Positions 51,340 to 62,878 of a stretch of 64,000 nucleotides of DNA are shown here, one piece after another. A program made the translations under genes and the position numbers. The stretch's first letter is position 1. The number at the start of each line of letters is the position of its first letter. The stretch is from NCBI GenBank assembly GCA_951406725.2, contig OX597823.1, positions 69,130,001 to 69,194,000 of the forward strand. The letters are read 5' to 3'. Source of the stretch: Octopus vulgaris (taxonomy: Eukaryota). The notes beneath the pieces are model-generated. The model did not search any database, had not been told where the DNA came from, and saw only the letters and a program-made list of their open reading frames with translations.

Positions 51340-51800
51340 AAACAACAGGACGCAAACGTAAAAATATATATATCTACTTTATTCTCTAATGACAGTAACA
51401 AATAAGTGGTATATCTGGTTCCGCTTGGTATGGATGTGTCAGAGCTGAACTTTATCGCTTGTAAGAGTTGACAATGTTCAAATGCAAACAACACTGCCAA
51501 GATGGCGTCCGGAGGGAGAAGATGATGTGGTCTGCAACAAATGCTGGTTAAAAGTCTTTTGGTAAAGGCTGCTGCTATGATCAAGTCCGGAGAGAGAAAG
51601 AATTACACGTCTGTTGCCTTCAGTCGTCGTGTCTCAAGTCAACGCTGACTGCTGCTATCTCTCTCCGGACCCTTTTAAGGTTCACGCTCCCTTAGCCTAA
51701 CAAGCCAAACACCACGTCAGCAAATTCCTTCTTCCGGTGGTGAAAGCACCAACCCCGCACGCGCGAAACAGAAAAGGACGGTGCACGACCGCGCACCGTT
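51340..51800 (-). promoter_or_regulatory. CpG-rich putative promoter/first exon
   Basis: Non-repetitive CpG cluster at the CpG-decay boundary. Minus-strand motifs: E2F-like TTTCGCGC (51761-68), ETS CCGGAAG (51731-37), TGACGTGG (51712-19) and YY1 CGCCATCTTG (51498-507). Confidence 0.6.
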
Positions 51801-51893
51801 ATATAGGATCACTACATATGTATACATACACACACATACACGTAACTGTTGAACAATGAGCATGAGTGCTCGACAAAGTATTGGTAGATAAAG

Positions 51894-51996
51894 AGGCTAC
51901 CATTGGTGTCATGTTAAAAATATCTTGACAATTATTGAAGCCAATCATATAGAAAAATTGTTGAGGTATTTCTTAACATGAAACCAATGGTAGCCT
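51894..51996. repeat. Hairpin with ~40-bp arms derived from PLE terminal sequence
   Basis: aggctaccattggtgtcatgttaa..acaatt / aattgt..ttaacatgaaaccaatggtagcct. The same sequence occurs at ~4345-4425 beside the PLE. Confidence 0.75.
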
Positions 51997-52846
51997 TAAT
52001 ACACCTATACATGCATACATACATACATATACAAAAATATATATATAATAGTCTTGACAGGGCATATAAGCATGCAGCTCCATTACACTATTCCTACTTT
52101 AGTATATATTTTTCAATGGTATTTGGCATAGCTCCAAGTGCATTCAATACAAGTAGAAAACAGCTCTGATAATTTTTAAAAAGGCAATTAAACTTGAAAT
52201 TATTAATGTTGTTTTTATAACAAAAGTGATTTTTGTTTATTTTTGTCATCTCAGACATTTAAACATTTGATCCATTTTCTCTTCGTACTTTGATTATTGC
52301 TAAGCCACGTGTACGATTACAGATATTCTTCTTCTCCTTTATTGATAACGTTCATTACAAGTAATAAATGTCAACCACTACAACCAGCCATCGGCTCATA
52401 TATCTGGTATAACGTGCTGAAGACGATTCAGTCCAAATTATCAAGATCCAGTGAGATAGTGCTAAACTCCAGTGTTGTGATGTTAAACAGATGAGAGATA
52501 AATCTCCCGCGTATTATAGGATGCTGGACGATTGTAAGTCGTTTTATTCATGATATAAATTAAGCTTAGCGATAAAGGCCATTGAAACGCTTACTAATTC
52601 CACTGTTGTGATACTGTTTATAGAGTTGAACTACCTTGCTTAGAGTCAAATATACTGATTTATTAAAAGTTAGGTGCCTTAACTATGGATACTGTGTAGA
52701 CAATAAACAGTCAGCCCTTCGATATCTTTTTTTAGGTTTTCCAAACTTTTTATACAGGATAGCATTCCACCATGCCCGAGCATGAGTTGCTACACTCGTT
52801 GAGCTCATTACTAATGTATAGATCGGGGTAAATATTTTATGGAAAA

Positions 52847-53246
52847 CTAGCAGTATCGCCCGGCGTTGCTCGGGTTTGTAAGGGAAAAAACTATATAAAC
52901 ATTTTTAGAGAGTTATAGCCAAAAAATAGCAAAAAAATGCATTAAAAATGGAAAAAAAATGATAGTAAATTTTTTTTTTAAATCGTTGACTCATCGTAGA
53001 CATTTTAGAGAGTTACTTCCCTTATATAATAGCGAAAAAATGCATTAAAATGAAAAAAATGATGGTAATTTTTTTTTTAAATCGTAGACTCATCGTAGAC
53101 GCGCGCTAATACCCAGAAGGGCTCGATATGAATCACGACTATAAGATACCCGGTTTTGGTTAAACTGCACCGCAAAATGTTGGAGTAGTTAGGAATCTAA
53201 ATCGTAGGAGACAGACAGCACACAACCTCACTTTTATATATAAAGA
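52847..53246 (-). mobile_element. Non-autonomous Helitron, family 3, intact ends
   Basis: Minus strand A|TCTTTATATATAAAAG ... ACCCGAGCAACGCCGGGC hairpin ..CTAG|T. Internal ~100-bp tandem duplication. Confidence 0.9.
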
Positions 53247-53824
53247 TTAGCAGTTTACATTGCAGGTCTCAAGTTTTCCATCTCTTCGTCACTGATGTAC
53301 CAAGGGAACGGCAAGACTGACACAGCATAGCCCGAACGTTATCACAAATATTAACAAATATAAAGAGCTGGAACAGAAACTGCAAAGTGACCCATTCAAG
53401 GCTGTAACAGGTGCACCAATCCATTGCACTTGCTGGGTATTTTTTTTATTGACACCTAAAAGACGAACGGCAAACTTGATCTTGATGGGTATGCAATTCG
53501 AACTTAGACCGCAGAGAGAAGAAACAAAGTGAAGCATTCTATCTGATGCTCTATCACCTCTCCATAGTCACATCTTCAGCAGATCACCAACTTGCAGTTA
53601 TTCAAATCCTCTTTTCTCAGAAGATTTGAAAAAGAAATGAAAATGCTAAGCGATGTTTATTATTTTTCTTTTCCTCTAATTAATAAAGTACCAAAGTTCA
53701 GCGAATATCTGTAAATTAATCGAAGCTCCGGCTTCGGCCGAGGACAGAATATGTTTCAACAGTTCCTTTATATTTAAGAAGGTTACTTACAAGATTTTGT
53801 AATTCTGTTTTGTATGTAATTATG

Positions 53825-53867
<43 letters not shown>

Positions 53868-53889
53868 ACACACACACACACACACAGAG

Positions 53890-54200
53890 GCTTTAGCCAA
53901 GTTATGGCACACAGCCTCATTCCCTATTGAAGTTGGCAGCTGCAACTTTCCAGTAAGGTCGGTGTGCTATTTCCTGCAGAAGTTTAATGTGGAACCCAGA
54001 CATTTGAAGAAATCCACCAAGAAGATAGGCATGGCAGCTGAAACCAGCTCAAGGGTGACTATGGTCAACAAGAGGTCACAAGTGGAACCCTTCCGCAGGC
54101 GAAGACTACTCCAGTTCTTACTGTCCTACTCAGGCGATGCACATGGGTTAAGTACCGAAATATTTGTGACCCTGAGATGCTTGCTGATGATACGGAAGGG
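53890..54200 (+). mobile_element. 3' end of HERO/NeSL(R2-group)-like non-LTR element (restriction-like endonuclease C-terminus)
   Basis: WHTASFPIEVGSCNFPVRSVCYFLQKF..LKKSTKKIGMAAETSSR..KR matches the RLE tail 'W...PxEVGxRGF..S...AAExxS.WxW.KR'. Follows a (CA)n tract. Confidence 0.7.
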
Positions 54201-54311
54201 TTTCTGATATGGGGATAGATTCAGAAGAAGAGCTAGTAATACCCCTGAGAGGTTCCTGCGTGGGGTAAAACATCTCTAACGTTTATTTCACCTTTAATTA
54301 TTACCATGCAT

Positions 54312-54572
54312 TTTTGGAATGGATCTCGAAGCACACATACATCTATAAATAATAGCATGTAAGTACTAAGTTGAAAAAACCCTCTCTGGATTAAAAAAAA
54401 TGTCCGGCTGCCTGTGAGACTCGGACGCGTATCTGCAGAACGCTTGCTATGTCTACAGGAGATGTGAGTTCTAATCCCACAGGCAGCCCCCGACATTTTA
54501 TACTCAAAAGGAGTTTTTCAATTCAATATTTATTTACACGCTACTATTTGTGTTTCGAGAGCCATTCCAAAG
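54312..54572. mobile_element. Fold-back element with two inverted tRNA-like 3' halves
   Basis: aaaaatgtccggctgcctgtgagactcggac / gttctaatcccacaggcagcccccgacattttt. The arms extend to tttggaatggatctcgaagcaca / tgtgtttcgagagccattccaaa. Confidence 0.75.
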
Positions 54573-55425
54573 GAGAACTATTTCATGTTCTGTAAAATGT
54601 TTATAAATTCTTATCACGTCAATGACTATCTATATTTTGGCAAACTCTACTTGACTTTATCTCCCCGTTCCCTTCTTGCAAGGGTGATGCCATGATACTA
54701 ATGGAGGACTGAGTCAATTCGATTGATGACTATTTTTCGCTAAATATGTGTAAGACTTCTACCCATTAGAAGATAATCAAAATTTATATCTTTTAATGAT
54801 ATTTATGAATGATAAGATTAATCAGTTAGTCATTACCCAAATTAATAAACCTCGTTATTTAGATGCGATATTTATCACCTCCCATTCGTTCTATCACTTT
54901 CATATTCTTAAACCTGGCCTTAACTACAGTTAAAAGAACTACGCATTTATAGAACCAACAAATCTTAATTCACAAACGCTAAGACATGTAAATCCAAATA
55001 CCCAGTATACAGCAATTTAACTGCGAAAACGTAGTTTCTTTTTCTTTGTTGTTTTATCCATTAGATTATTTGCAAGAAAATATATAAACTAGCCAAGAAA
55101 CAAATATTTAGGAAAAAAAAGAACTACTTAGCGCAGCCCAAATATTCTATAGAAAGAAAAATACAAGATACATACAGAATGCATACGTACGAACATATAT
55201 GCTAACAGCCACACACACACATACATATAATATTTTATATACACACATACATATAATATTTTATATATATATATATATATATAAATTATATATAAAATGT
55301 GTATATAATCTATAATATAAGTTTGTATGTGTATATATGTTATATTATATACACCTTTTCATCTCTCTCATAAATACATGCATGTGTGTGTAGGTACGTA
55401 GGTAGTTATGGATGCATATAAAGAT

Positions 55426-55475
<50 letters not shown>

Positions 55476-55939
55476 CATACATGCATACAATTACGTTATG
55501 AAAAACGACATTTATCCAAGACGAAAACAGAATCCAATATTCAGATATAATTAACTGACACTAAATCAAGTTGTTGAATCAATACCAAGGGAACTGCAAA
55601 ATCGTTCGAGTCTGATAAAATGATATTTCTTGAATAATGTATGACTATAGGGTTGAACCATTCATTATCCAGAAGATATCTAGGAACAAAATAAATTGCT
55701 ACTTTTTCATAGATGCAAGAGAAGCTTCTACTCATTTGGTCAATTACTCAATTAGAAATTTTGTAAAAGAAGTTGAAAGTTCATTGAATTATATTTGTGA
55801 TATCTTCTGGTTTCGTTCTGCTACTTATTGAGTTCAAATCTACCGAGGTAGGTATTAAAATGTGTGCCAGTTGTGCACTGCCCTCATTTCGTTTGAATAT
55901 ATCCTTTCTCTTTCACATTAGCGACCTCGTTTAACGGCA

Positions 55940-56215
55940 GTCTCTCGAGGCCAAGAAAGACAGTTCTGGAATTTCATACAGATGATTTGTTTCCAGTGAT
56001 CAAACATTTGTGTTGCACGTAACTCACTTCTCCATCAAATCGACACGACCTGTACAGATACACGGTGTTGTGTGTCACTAGTCAGAAGTGATCGCAGAAC
56101 AACGTGAGATGAAGTGTTTTGCTCGAAAAAACAACGTGCCGCCTGGTCCAAGAATTGTATCCACAATCTCTTGATCGAAAGTGTAACACCTTAAACACTA
56201 CGCTACCCGTCCTCA
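55940..56215 (-). mobile_element. SINE family D, degenerate
   Basis: gaacaacgtgagatgaagtgttttgctcg..cttaaacacta. Homologous to the copy at 6178. Confidence 0.65.
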
Positions 56216-56389
56216 CAGTAACTCCATACAAAATAATAAGTCTATCCTGTAGTTATTTTATATCGGAACGGGTAAATAATACTGCCTCTAATTACTGATT
56301 CCAGCAGACAAATCACTGACATCAACGAGACAAGGAAGCGTGTCTTTCTCTTTTGATTTCTCACCGAAGTTATTGAAGAAAGATATACT

Positions 56390-56750
56390 TCGTGGCTCTA
56401 TGGTAAGAAGTTTGCTTCTCAGCCACATGGTTCCGGATTCAATCCCACTGCGTGTCACCTTGAGCATGTGTCTTTTACTATAGCCTTAGGCCGACCAAAG
56501 CCTTGTCAGTGGATTTGGTTGACGGAAACTGAAACCCGTCGAGTGTGTGTGTGTGTGTCTCCACCATCGCTTGACAACTGATGTTGATGTGTTTACGTCT
56601 CAGTAATTTAGCGGTTCGCAAAAGTGACCGATAGAATAAGTACAAACCTTAAAAACGTAAGTACTGGGTTCGATTTATTCGACTAAACAATTGAAGGCGG
56701 TGCCTCAACATGGCTGCAGTCTAATGACTGAAACGAGCAAAAGAATAGAA
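56390..56750 (+). mobile_element. SINE family B
   Basis: cgtggctctatggtaagaagtttgcttc..gcttgacaactgatg..gtctaatgactgaaacgagcaaaaga. Confidence 0.85.
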
Positions 56751-57175
56751 TCACATACATACGCACATCCAAACATACACTCACAAAGGCGCGGCAAAAG
56801 GAAAGTAGTGAAAAGGCGGACATCCACGGAGGCATTGTGAAAAAGCGCAAAATTTCCTCCTGTTTATTATGCCCAATTGTTAAATTTGTCTTTGCTCTCT
56901 GGCTCTAAGAACTCTCGCTATTCTAGGTCACTGAGCCGGAATATCCTTGCCCAATGTATCAAATAGTAGAATCAAACCCAGAACCACCAGACGTATTTAT
57001 GAAGAGAAATTCTTGACCGCGTAAGTATGCTTGTGTCGTTATAACACATAGGGTAACATAGCCGTGTTTTGGGAATGTGGAATCGAGACATATTATAAGA
57101 TAATTGTTGACGTTGTGTATCCGTAGGGATCTCTGCTTGAATGGATGTTTTGGACAGCCTCTAGATCTAGCACCC

Positions 57176-57406
57176 GGTATCTGGCAGAAACGTTAGCACG
57201 CCGGGCGAAATGCGTAGCCATATTTCGTCTGTCGCTACGTTCTGAGTTCAAATTCCGCCGAGGTCGACTTTGCCTTTCATCCTTTCAGGGTCGATTAAAT
57301 AAGTACCAGTTACGCACTGGGGTCGATATACTCGACTTAGTCCTTTGTCTGTCCTTGTTTGTCCTCTCTGTGTTTAGCCCCTTGTGGGTAGTATATAAAA
57401 TGGGTA
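57176..57406 (+). mobile_element. SINE family A (long-tail subtype), CpG intact
   Basis: ctggcagaaacgttagcacgccgggcgaaatgcg..gttctgagttcaaattccgccgaggtcgac..gccccttgtgggtagta. Confidence 0.92.
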
Positions 57407-57572
57407 TAAGTAATTATACAAGACTGAGCGTATTTAGTTAGGGATCAAACTACAGCATATGATCAACATTTCATCTATTGCTATCCTGTTCTTACTGTGA
57501 CACACGAATACTCAGATTAGGGAGTTACAACATATGGTTTTCATTTTGAAGATATGACTTTATTGAATTACC

Positions 57573-57660
57573 TTATTTACATTTGACGGATGTTAGTCCT
57601 CATCTTGTTTGTTGTTAACAACAAACAAGATGAGGACAAACATCCGTCGAATTTAAATAA
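57573..57660. repeat. 88-bp loop-less palindrome
   Basis: 44-bp arms with 3 mismatches, centred on gttgtt|aacaac. Confidence 0.92.
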
Positions 57661-57718
57661 TGTAAATAACGTGCATAATTCCTTATCTCTTAAATATAGA
57701 ATTATATTTATTGAATTG

Positions 57719-57960
57719 TGGAGGCGCGTGGCTTAGTAGTTAGGGTGTCAGCATCATGGTCGTAAAATTGTGGTTTCGATTCCTGGACCGGGCGACGCGT
57801 TGTGTTCTTGAGCAAAACACTTCATTTCACGTTGCTCCAGTTCACTCAGCTGGCAAAAATGAGTAATGCTGCGATGGACTGGCATCCCGTCCAGCTGGGG
57901 AACACATACGCCATAGAAACCAGGCGCATGAGCCTGGCTAGGCTTTAAAAGGGCACATTT
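57719..57960 (+). mobile_element. SINE family D, CpG intact
   Basis: tggaggcgcgtggcttagtagttaggg..ggtttcgattcc..ttgtgttcttgagcaaaacacttcatttcacgttgctcc. Confidence 0.88.
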
Positions 57961-58744
57961 ATTGTTTTTTTTATTTATTGAATTATCTAACCTGATTCCT
58001 TCTAGAAATAAATCCAATCGGGCTATACACAGCTATATATTTTAAGAAGTAAGAGGATTAATTAGAAAAAACTAAAACAACGACTAAGGAATAATAACTA
58101 TTGCATATCATCGACCTTATATGACATGGGTGAAGGTATGTAGCCTTGTGATCAAGGGATTCAGTTGCTGAACCGGACAATATGATGGGTCTTAGAGAAA
58201 GGCTTTTCATTTCAAGTTATTCCGGTCTACTGAACTGTAATGAGCTCCAGCTAGGTGGTGTTGCACCCCTTCTTCCTCCAGATGTTCCGCTGGGTCAAGG
58301 GTGCAGGTGCCGGGAGGGCTTCTATGTCAGCTCGCGACTTCTACGCAGTTAAAACACGTTTTAGTGAAAACATAGCACATATTACCAAGCAATACTCGTT
58401 CGCAAGTGACTGACGACTGACCTTTACTTTACATGGCTCGTAATCAAAACTAGGATTGGATCCAATGGAAAAATTGAACAAAACAATTCACAGCAATAAG
58501 AAAGGCTCTTACCTAGTATAAACAAGTTAATCATTAGATAGATATACACTTAATAACTTGCAAGGAAGAAAAATAATTAAAATTCCTATCACAAGCAAAC
58601 TGAAAACGCTGATCCTATATTGCAAGCAAGTTGCAAGATAGTTGCAAGTAAGTAGTTTATGAGACTGAAGCTCTGGGGAAGAACAAACACTGGATTTTAA
58701 GACAGATCCAAATAAATTTATTAATGATCTATGCATATTACCAG

Positions 58745-59140
58745 ACGTAGAGGAGTGGCTGCGTGGTAAGTAGCTTGCTTACGAACCACATGGCACTTTG
58801 GGCAAGTGTTTTCTACTATAGCCTCGGGTCGACCAAAGCTTTGTGAGTGGATTTGGTAGACAGAAACTGAAAGAAGCCCGTCGTATATATGTATATATAT
58901 ATGTATATACGTATGTATGTGTGCGTGTGTATGTGTGTGTGTATGTTTGCGTATCTGTATTTGTCCCCCCCAACATCGCTTGTGTTTACGTCCCCGTAAC
59001 TTAGCGGCTCGGCAAAAAAAGACCGGTAGAATAAGTACTAGGCTTTCGTAGTTGATAAAATAAGTACCAGTTGAGCACTGGGACCAATGTAATCAACTTA
59101 CTCCATTCCTAATATTTTTGACCTTGTGCCAACATTTCAA
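58745..59140 (+). mobile_element. SINE family B joined to a SINE A 3' end
   Basis: SINE B runs to agaataagtactaggc (59043), then gataaaataagtaccagttgagcactgg..ccttgtgccaa of family A. Confidence 0.8.
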
Positions 59141-59949
59141 ACTATTATTATTAGCTAACTAGTTAACCACTTAAGCAATTAACAAAATCGATGGCGTGAA
59201 TAATCGACTGAACAATTAACCAAACGATCGTGGCATAATGAACCTCACAAGACATAATAAAACTGTTTACTATGAATTGCCAAAAAGTATTATCGTACTT
59301 CTCTAATCTGATTACTAACATAGTGACCAGGTCACTGTGTATTGTAGACAGAACTGTCTACAATATAATAAGTAACCGTAACAGTGTGTGTAAGCGTGTG
59401 TACTTACATATGGCAATATCATATATATACACACATATATATATATATACACACACACATATATATATATACACACACACACACACATATATATATACAC
59501 ACACACACATATATATATATACACACACACACATATATATGTAAACTCTGCAACCACGAGATTTCAAGTTCGATCTCACTGTATGAGAGCCCAGGCAGTA
59601 ATTCTTCGCACTTTGGTTACTGTTTGAAGTATACAACTAATGTCATCTGCATTTTATTGAGTTTTGTCTCACGAAACAGCTTACAGTTTCAGGATATGTT
59701 GTCTAGAATTCTTCTCTTTGCATTACCGCTCCACTCCCAGTAAAGGCCAATCTTAGTTTGTTAGTCAATGATTTCCGTAATTTTAAGCGGCATTTAGGAT
59801 TTTTTTGTCTGTTGTAGCTCTAAAATAAGAATTTCAACATAATTTCGGATGCATTGCTGTTCTAACTCCTACTGTTATTCAACAGATAAACTTTTACCAT
59901 GCAACTGTTAGCTAATCCAAATCTTCCTCAAAGAACTTCTGTGTCCTTC

Positions 59950-61160
59950 TTTCATTGCCAGCTCAACGGCATCAGTGGGAACTACTGGTATTATTTCTTC
60001 ATAAAATTCTGCGATGTCGTAGTGTGATTCTGGCTATTTATGCAGTTCTCGCTTATTTTGTCCCAGACTGCTTCAATATTTTATCTTTAGGTTTCATGTG
60101 TGGTACTTCCTCCACCCCCACCCCGAGTCCTGAATAGACTATTCATCTTGTCCATCTGTTTGTTCAACCGGTTATTTTAAAATGCAACAAATGCTGAAGA
60201 CCTTGCTATTGGACATTACTCTCCGAACCATGGGGTTGAATAAGGCTGTAGTGTTTGATAGTAGATGAATCAGTTCGACAGGAATGCCGGTCTGATGGGT
60301 ATCGAGGTACTAAGATTGTCTTGAGTCACCACCAATGCCTTGGGTTCAAGTAATGTTCTTCATAATATTTTTTACCTCTGGTAAAAAATATTATAATATA
60401 TGGCGGCGAGCTGGCAGAATCGTTAGCACGCCGGGCGAAATGCGTAGCCATATTTCGTCTGCCGTTACGTTCTGAGTTCAAGTACCGCCGAGGTTGACTT
60501 TGCCTTTCATCCTTTCGGGCTCGATAAATTATGTACCAGTTACACACTGGAGTCGATGTAATCGGCTTAATTCGTGTCTGTCTTTGTTTGTCCCTTCTGT
60601 GTTAAGCCCCTTGTGGGTAGTAAAGAAATAGGTATTTCATCTGCCGTTACGTTCTGAGTTCAAATTTCGCCGAGGTCGACTTTGCCTTTCATCCTTTTGG
60701 GGTCGATTAAATAAGTACTAGTTACGCACTGGGGTCGATGTAATCGACTTAATCCCTTTGTCTGTCCTTGTTTGTCCCCTCTATGTTTAGCTCCCTGTGG
60801 GCAATAAAGAAATAAAATTTTTTTTCCTCTGGTCAAAGATATGGCGTAAACCAAAGCGTAAAAAGTTTATTGTCACCCAGGCCTTCTTGTCTGATTTCAA
60901 GCTCACAGACAGTTTTGATATTCCTTTCATTAGTAGTGGTGTTTTTGAATAACAAATGAGCACTGATTTCAGATTGAAGTTTACTGAAATACTACTGCCA
61001 ATTAGTAATGTTAAACTTTTTTGAGTGTATGTAGTTTTAAACCCCAAAACATTGAATTGATGACAACAGTTTCTAGCTAGATGGATTGGATTAGTAAGGG
61101 GAAAATCTCTTCGGCACATCATTTAATTGTTAATGGGATAAGATAGTTTGCTGTCACCTC
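59950..61160 (-). pseudogene. Tigger/pogo (DDE_1) transposase remnant interrupted by SINE A
   Basis: GFK..KSLTLLIGSS..FNLKSVLICYSKTPLLMKG..SDKKAWVT..F (60830-61050). It continues after the SINE as EVK..DN..LLSNTTALFNPM..VM and IEAVWDKISENCIN. Confidence 0.8.
60402..60815 (+). mobile_element. SINE family A dimer (full unit plus 5'-truncated unit)
   Basis: ggcggcgagctggcagaatcgttagcacgccgggcg.., with a second unit from ~60630. Confidence 0.92.
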
Positions 61161-61339
61161 GATGACTTATCTCTCTGGAATACAAATAAGTATAGACACA
61201 TGATATAAACACTAACTAAAGCAGTGGTTTAGAAGCTCACATATACTTGCCCCGACTAAAATATAGTAAAATTTTTCTCTTACCTTTATTATCAAGAAGA
61301 CAAGATAGTGTTTGTATTCTATGTAATTATTTCTTCAAC

Positions 61340-61733
61340 GGGAGTGGCTATGTGGTAAGTAGCTTGCTTACGAACCACATGGGTCCGGGTTCAGTCCCAC
61401 TGCGTGCCACCTTCGGCAAGTGTCTTCTACTATAGCCTCGGACCGACCAGAGCCTTGTGAATGGATTTGGTTGACGGAAACTGAAAGAAGCCCGTCGTAT
61501 ATATGCATATATATATGTATGTATGTTTGTGTGTCTGTCTTTGTCCCCCCAACATCGCTTGACAACCGATGCTGGTGTGTTTACGTCCCCGTAACTTAGC
61601 GGTTCGGCAAGAGAGGCTGATAGAATAAGTACTAGGCATACAAACAATAAGTCCTGGGGTCGATTTGCTTGACTAAAAGGCGGTGCTCCAGCATGGCCAC
61701 AGTCAAATTACTGAAATAAGTAAAGAGTAAAAA
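61340..61733 (+). mobile_element. SINE family B, full length, CpG intact
   Basis: ggagtggctatgtggtaagtagcttgcttacg..ccgtaacttagcggttcggc..aagtaaagagtaaaaag. Confidence 0.92.
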
Positions 61734-62661
61734 GTATGATGTTGGACAATTTTCAAAATATTTAATCCATAATAATTTTCTTAAATATCGCTAATCTTTC
61801 CGCCTCTTTTTCAATCCTCACGTGCCTACTCCCACGGGAAACCCTGGTTTGTCACTTTGTTTGTTTGGACATGAAGCTTATATTGTTGGCAACGAGTCGT
61901 AAGAATGTAGATAGGTACGTACAAACATAATTTTTTCCTGCGGAATAATGCTTCTAAACACAAAAATTCACGTTTTACAAGTGATAAATATGTTTTTTAA
62001 AGGCGTGATACTCAGTAAAACATTAGAAAATCATCAGGTGTTTTTAAAACGAATATCGCAATTGAAAAATATATTATTTTCACTCCGATTTTGTTTGGGA
62101 ATACCTTTGAAGATTTAATTGATCACTTCACAAAGAAAATAGCAACAACAGTGTTATGTGTGGTTTGTGTTCTAATGGGATAGACAACCAAATGAAGACC
62201 ATTGTTTTTGTTACGTGTTTATTTTCTATTCATGATACACGGACTCGACATTCAGCGTAGTAATACATTATATACTTTACACACAGTTGTACTGTTCACT
62301 AACAAAATAGTGCCAAGAGTGGGAATGTAGTTTGGCATACGCAAACACATAGATATGAATGTGTAACAAACAGATAATCCAAAAACATCATCGTCGTCGT
62401 CGTCGTCATCCCTACCACCAACAACATCACCGATAGCAACAAGAAAGGCAAAATACAAAGTATTTTAAATGATTTGAATCACAACCGAAAATATTTCGGT
62501 AATTAATCTAAAGAAGTTTCAACATGATCGTCGGTCCTGCTAGACACAGCAGTCAATTTTCCTCCCAATGACAAATTATCTTTGTTACGATAGGAAGCAA
62601 TGAAATATGCTTGAGACGTTTGATTAGAAATATTTATATTTTTGTAAACAAACAATGTTTG

Positions 62662-62878
62662 TTTCTTTACTACCCACAAGGGGCTAAAACAGAGGGGACA
62701 AACAAGGACAGACAAACGAATTAAGTCGATTACATCGACCCCAGTGGGTAACTGGTATTTAATTTATCGACCCTGAAAGGCAAAGTCGACCTCGGCGGAA
62801 TTTGAACTCAGAACGTTACGACTGACGAAATACGTCTACTCATTTCGCCCGGCGTGCTAACGGTTCTGCCAGCTCGCC
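62662..62878 (-). mobile_element. SINE family A (long-tail subtype), CpG intact
   Basis: Reverse complement of the 57176/60402 copies. Confidence 0.92.
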
